NCBI GenBank assembly: GCA_018304295.1
Contig: JAGVWK010000008.1
Location: 1-50,513 of the forward strand
DNA length: 50,513 nucleotides
Direction: 5' to 3'
Source of the DNA: Candidatus Micrarchaeota archaeon
GTDB taxonomy: Archaea > Micrarchaeota > Micrarchaeia > Anstonellales > Anstonellaceae
This document shows, one piece after another, positions 47,641-50,513 of the stretch (positions are counted from its first letter, which is position 1; each line of letters opens with the position of its first letter). A program made the translations under genes and the position numbers. Below the pieces are notes generated by a model, which was not told where the DNA came from, searched no databases, and saw only the letters and a list, made by a program, of their open reading frames with translations.

Positions 47641-49041
47641 TCCGAAAACCATTTTTTCCAAATCCTTAATTTCAAAAAGCACGGTATCCACGCCAAGCGC
47701 GTCTTTTTTCCTGAAACTTTTTGCGAATAGCGCATATTTGCACTTGTATCCCTTGCTCCATTCTATTTTTGCGCATTTTTCCTTAAGCTTTCCAAGAAGT
47801 TCCTGCGCATCTACTTCTTGCGACCATTTGCATTCGCCAAACAACGCTTCTTTTTTTTCTTCATTAACGCCCACAACGTCTATTTCCATTGCCTTGCGCT
47901 TTCCATCTTCCCTATAAGCCCCCCACCACGTGCCAATTTTAGCATTTCCAATGGGGTTCTTCATGGAAATCAATTCCCTGCACACGGTTTCAAAGCGCTT
48001 TCCAACATAAGGGTTGAATTTCACGTCAAAGTTCTTTTTGAAGCCTCCGAATTCAAACGAATCAAGCTCCTGCCTGAGTGGGTAAACGAAATTGAACCAG
48101 AACAGAAAATAGTTGTCCTTGAGCTCATACCTTGTTATTTTTCCGCGTTCTTTCGCATTTATGGGGCAAATGGTCCGCACAAGGTCAAGCTCAATAAGTG
48201 TATCAAGGTATCTCACAAGGCTTGTCCGCTCAACCCCTATGGCAGTGGAAAGCTCATTTGGCGTTGTTCTTCCTGCAGCTATCTCTTTCATTAATGAGAA
48301 ATACGTTTTCGGCTCCCGAAGCTCCTCCTTTAGCAGTATCTCGGCTTCCGCATAAAGCATGCATCCGCGTGCGGCTATGGTTCCAACTGCATTCTCATAT
48401 GCACTCTTATTTGCATCAAGCTCCAAAATGTAAAGCGGTATCCCGCCAGAAATGGAGTAAAGTTCCACTAGCCGCTCAAATTGCATCTTTGGAAAAAATT
48501 TCACAAACTCGAAAAAACCCAAAGGCTCCAGCTTCCATTGTCCCGTCCTTCTCCCATACAGGGGGCTTTTTCTCCCAAGCACCTCCGTTTCCATTGCACC
48601 TATGCTTGAGCCGCACAGTATTATTGACAGCCCCTTTTCCTTAAGCGTCATGTCCCAATGCTTTTGCAAAATTGAAGGTACTGATTTGTTTGCATCCACC
48701 AAGTAAGGGAATTCGTCTATGGCAACTATTGTCCCCTCCAGCTGCTTCTTGCCCAAATACTCAAGCAACTGGCTGAAACTGCCCAAGGGGCTTATTTCAA
48801 GTGTGGAATCCCCGAAATGTCTTGCAAGCTCCATTGAAAATGAATTCACAATTTCTTTTTCAACTTCCTGCGTTGCAAGCAGATAAAGCGCCTTTTTGCC
48901 CTTAAAAAACTGCTTTATCATCTCTGACTTTCCAACCCTTCTTCTGCCGTAAAGCACTGCAAAAAAAGACTTTTTCCCAAACTGGTTTTCCAGAAACTCC
49001 AATTCTCTTTTTCTGTTTACAAAATGTATGAACTTGTTCAT
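47617..49041 (-). CDS. Archaeal AAA ATPase with wHTH and DUF234-type nuclease-like domain
   Basis: FVNRKREL, YGRRRVGKS, IDEFPYL, SPLYGRRT, EIDVV, GECKW. Confidence 0.93.
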   Translation of the reverse strand: MNKFIHFVNRKRELEFLENQFGKKSFFAVLYGRRRVGKSEMIKQFFKGKKALYLLATQEVEKEIVNSFSMELARHFGDSTLEISPLGSFSQLLEYLGKKQLEGTIVAIDEFPYLVDANKSVPSILQKHWDMTLKEKGLSIILCGSSIGAMETEVLGRKSPLYGRRTGQWKLEPLGFFEFVKFFPKMQFERLVELYSISGGIPLYILELDANKSAYENAVGTIAARGCMLYAEAEILLKEELREPKTYFSLMKEIAAGRTTPNELSTAIGVERTSLVRYLDTLIELDLVRTICPINAKERGKITRYELKDNYFLFWFNFVYPLRQELDSFEFGGFKKNFDVKFNPYVGKRFETVCRELISMKNPIGNAKIGTWWGAYREDGKRKAMEIDVVGVNEEKKEALFGECKWSQEVDAQELLGKLKEKCAKIEWSKGYKCKYALFAKSFRKKDALGVDTVLFEIKDLEKMVFGTTGAHGA

Positions 49042-49391
49042 AATGTTCTTTTTCATACAAATATTTATTAATCCCTCAGCCCTTTTCCCCAAACTCCAAA
49101 TGCTGCACAAAATTTTGGAAATCTTCGGAACTTTGGAAATTCTCAAATCAAGCGCACCTCCCAGCGCACCTCGCGCAATTCCCCGCCAGCGTGCAATCGC
49201 TCCACGCAATAACCTTATTTTTCTCTTTTTTTGCGCAATTAATGTGTTCTTTGGCTCATTTTCTTATGTTTTTTACTATTTTTTAACATCAATAATTATA
49301 TTCCAATAAAATACAACAATACCTTATATGTTGCCAAACATGTAATTACAGATATACATAACTTGATAAAACACAACATGAGGTGAACACA

Positions 49392-49541
49392 ATGAGAAAA
49401 ACATGCGACTTCTGCGGCACGCACAAATTCCTCACCTGGCATGAAGAGCTTCAGATGCGCTATTGCCCCAAGTGCAAACCTGAAATGGAAAAAAAGCTCA
49501 AATATGAAAAACAATGGGGCAGCCTGCGCCCGCGCCTATAA
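49392..49541 (+). CDS. Small zinc-finger protein (49 aa), absent from the ORF track
   Basis: GAGGTGA SD; MRKTCDFCG...YCPKCKPE...RPRL. Confidence 0.75.
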   Translation: MRKTCDFCGTHKFLTWHEELQMRYCPKCKPEMEKKLKYEKQWGSLRPRL

Positions 49542-49562
49542 ACCGGAATATGCTGGCAACAA

Positions 49563-49627
49563 CCACTTGCCCTCCACAGCTGGAAAAAGTACACCCCTGT
49601 GCTTTTGTGGAGGGCAGTGGAATTTTT
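49563..49627 (+). terminator. Stem-loop with T-run after the zinc-finger gene
   Basis: TGCCCTCCACA...TGTGGAGGGCA then AATTTTT. Confidence 0.55.
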
Positions 49628-49671
49628 AACCCGTGGCGCGCAATATTCCAGTCTTCTTATTTTAACTTTTT

Positions 49672-49721
49672 TGCTCACTAGACTGAGCAAAAACTATTAA
49701 AAATGCTCAACAGAGTGAGTA
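49672..49721. promoter_or_regulatory. Tandem palindromic operator-like sites
   Basis: TGCTCA-N6-TGAGCA (49672) and TGCTCA-N6-TGAGTA (49704). Confidence 0.6.
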
Positions 49722-49749
49722 TTTTAAACTTTTCCGATAAAACAATGCC

Positions 49750-50513
49750 ATGGTTAGCAGGGAACTTTTGCAGGAAATACTCCAAAGCAGCAGGGAAGAC
49801 ATATCTAAGGCAGGAATAAAAGAAAGGGAAATTTCCATAGAGGATAACCATGCATCAGAGGCCGTATTGGCGAAAGGGGTACGCAGGTGCGGAAAAACTT
49901 TCCTGACATACGAGATTGCAAAAAAATATGACTGCCCTTACATAAACTTTGAGGACGAACGCCTGATTGGCTTTTCAGCGCCCGACTTTGCAAAGCTTCT
50001 TGAGGCAGCAGGCGGTATTTTCCCTGCCACGAAAATTTTTATTTTTGACGAAGTTCAAAATGCGCAGGCGTGGGAAAAATTCGTCGCAAGGCTATACGGA
50101 AAATGCAAATTCTACATAACCGGCTCTTCCTCATACTTCACCAAACACATTTCTCCTCTTACCGGAAGGCATGTTGAAAAGGATGTCCTTCCCCTATCTT
50201 TTCGCGAATATCTGTCTTTTCACTCTCATGGGGAGTTGCAATGGAAAACGTCGGAAATGCGCGACGAGCTTTTCGGGCATTTCTCCCGCTACTCCCAAAA
50301 TGGCGGTCTTCCAAAAGTGGCATTAAGCAATTCCACCGACCTATTAAAAGAATATTTCAGGGACATAGTTTCAAGGGACCTGATAAAACACTCCAAGGTT
50401 GACAGGGTTGATGCGCTTGAGCGCATGGCATATTACCTTCTTGGCAACGCAGGGGCAAAAACAAGCTATCGCTCCTTGGCAGAAAGCTGCGGCTTGCGCC
50501 ACGAGCTTACCGC
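49750..50513 (+). CDS. AAA_14/DUF4143-type ATPase (runs off the window)
   Basis: GVRRCGKT, YINFEDER, FDEVQN, ITGSS, LTGR. Confidence 0.9.
   Translation, partial: MVSRELLQEILQSSREDISKAGIKEREISIEDNHASEAVLAKGVRRCGKTFLTYEIAKKYDCPYINFEDERLIGFSAPDFAKLLEAAGGIFPATKIFIFDEVQNAQAWEKFVARLYGKCKFYITGSSSYFTKHISPLTGRHVEKDVLPLSFREYLSFHSHGELQWKTSEMRDELFGHFSRYSQNGGLPKVALSNSTDLLKEYFRDIVSRDLIKHSKVDRVDALERMAYYLLGNAGAKTSYRSLAESCGLRHELT

Overview
Archaeal chromosomal segment, most likely DPANN/Micrarchaeota-like (an inference from the A-type ATPase, archaeal ProRS, class III signal peptide pilin, TrpY and BHB-intron tRNAs). Contents from left to right: end of the A1Ao ATP synthase operon (C,F,A,B,D); truncated Dps-like gene; MNT-HEPN pair; Cys-rich secreted protein; tRNA-Gln and tRNA-Ile with introns; proS; D-2-hydroxyacid dehydrogenase; ERCC4 nuclease; HicBA; a ~16 kb minus-strand aromatic amino-acid supercluster (trpE-G-D-C/B fusion-A, then aroF-B-D-E/K fusion-A-C, two pheA, aminotransferase) with a divergent trpY; ABC permease; TauE; second HicBA; beta-CASP nuclease; pilin; smc; glnA/Lrp; two AAA ATPases. 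Top finding: an unannotated 24-codon leader ORF (MAIAKENAWSGVFRTFGYFFSFSY, 27160->27086) upstream of the DAHP synthase gene. It has 8 aromatic codons covering Phe, Tyr and Trp, a hairpin pairing its start region with its stop region, its own TATA-like box and a downstream U-tract, making it a candidate ribosome-sensed pan-aromatic attenuator in an archaeon. Also notable: a 195-nt structured IS200/IS605-like mini-element inserted in frame in a chorismate mutase domain, a tRNA-Ile intron at position 9/10, and internal deletions in aroC and smc that may be assembly artefacts. All calls come from reading the sequence by eye; no searches or folding programs were run.
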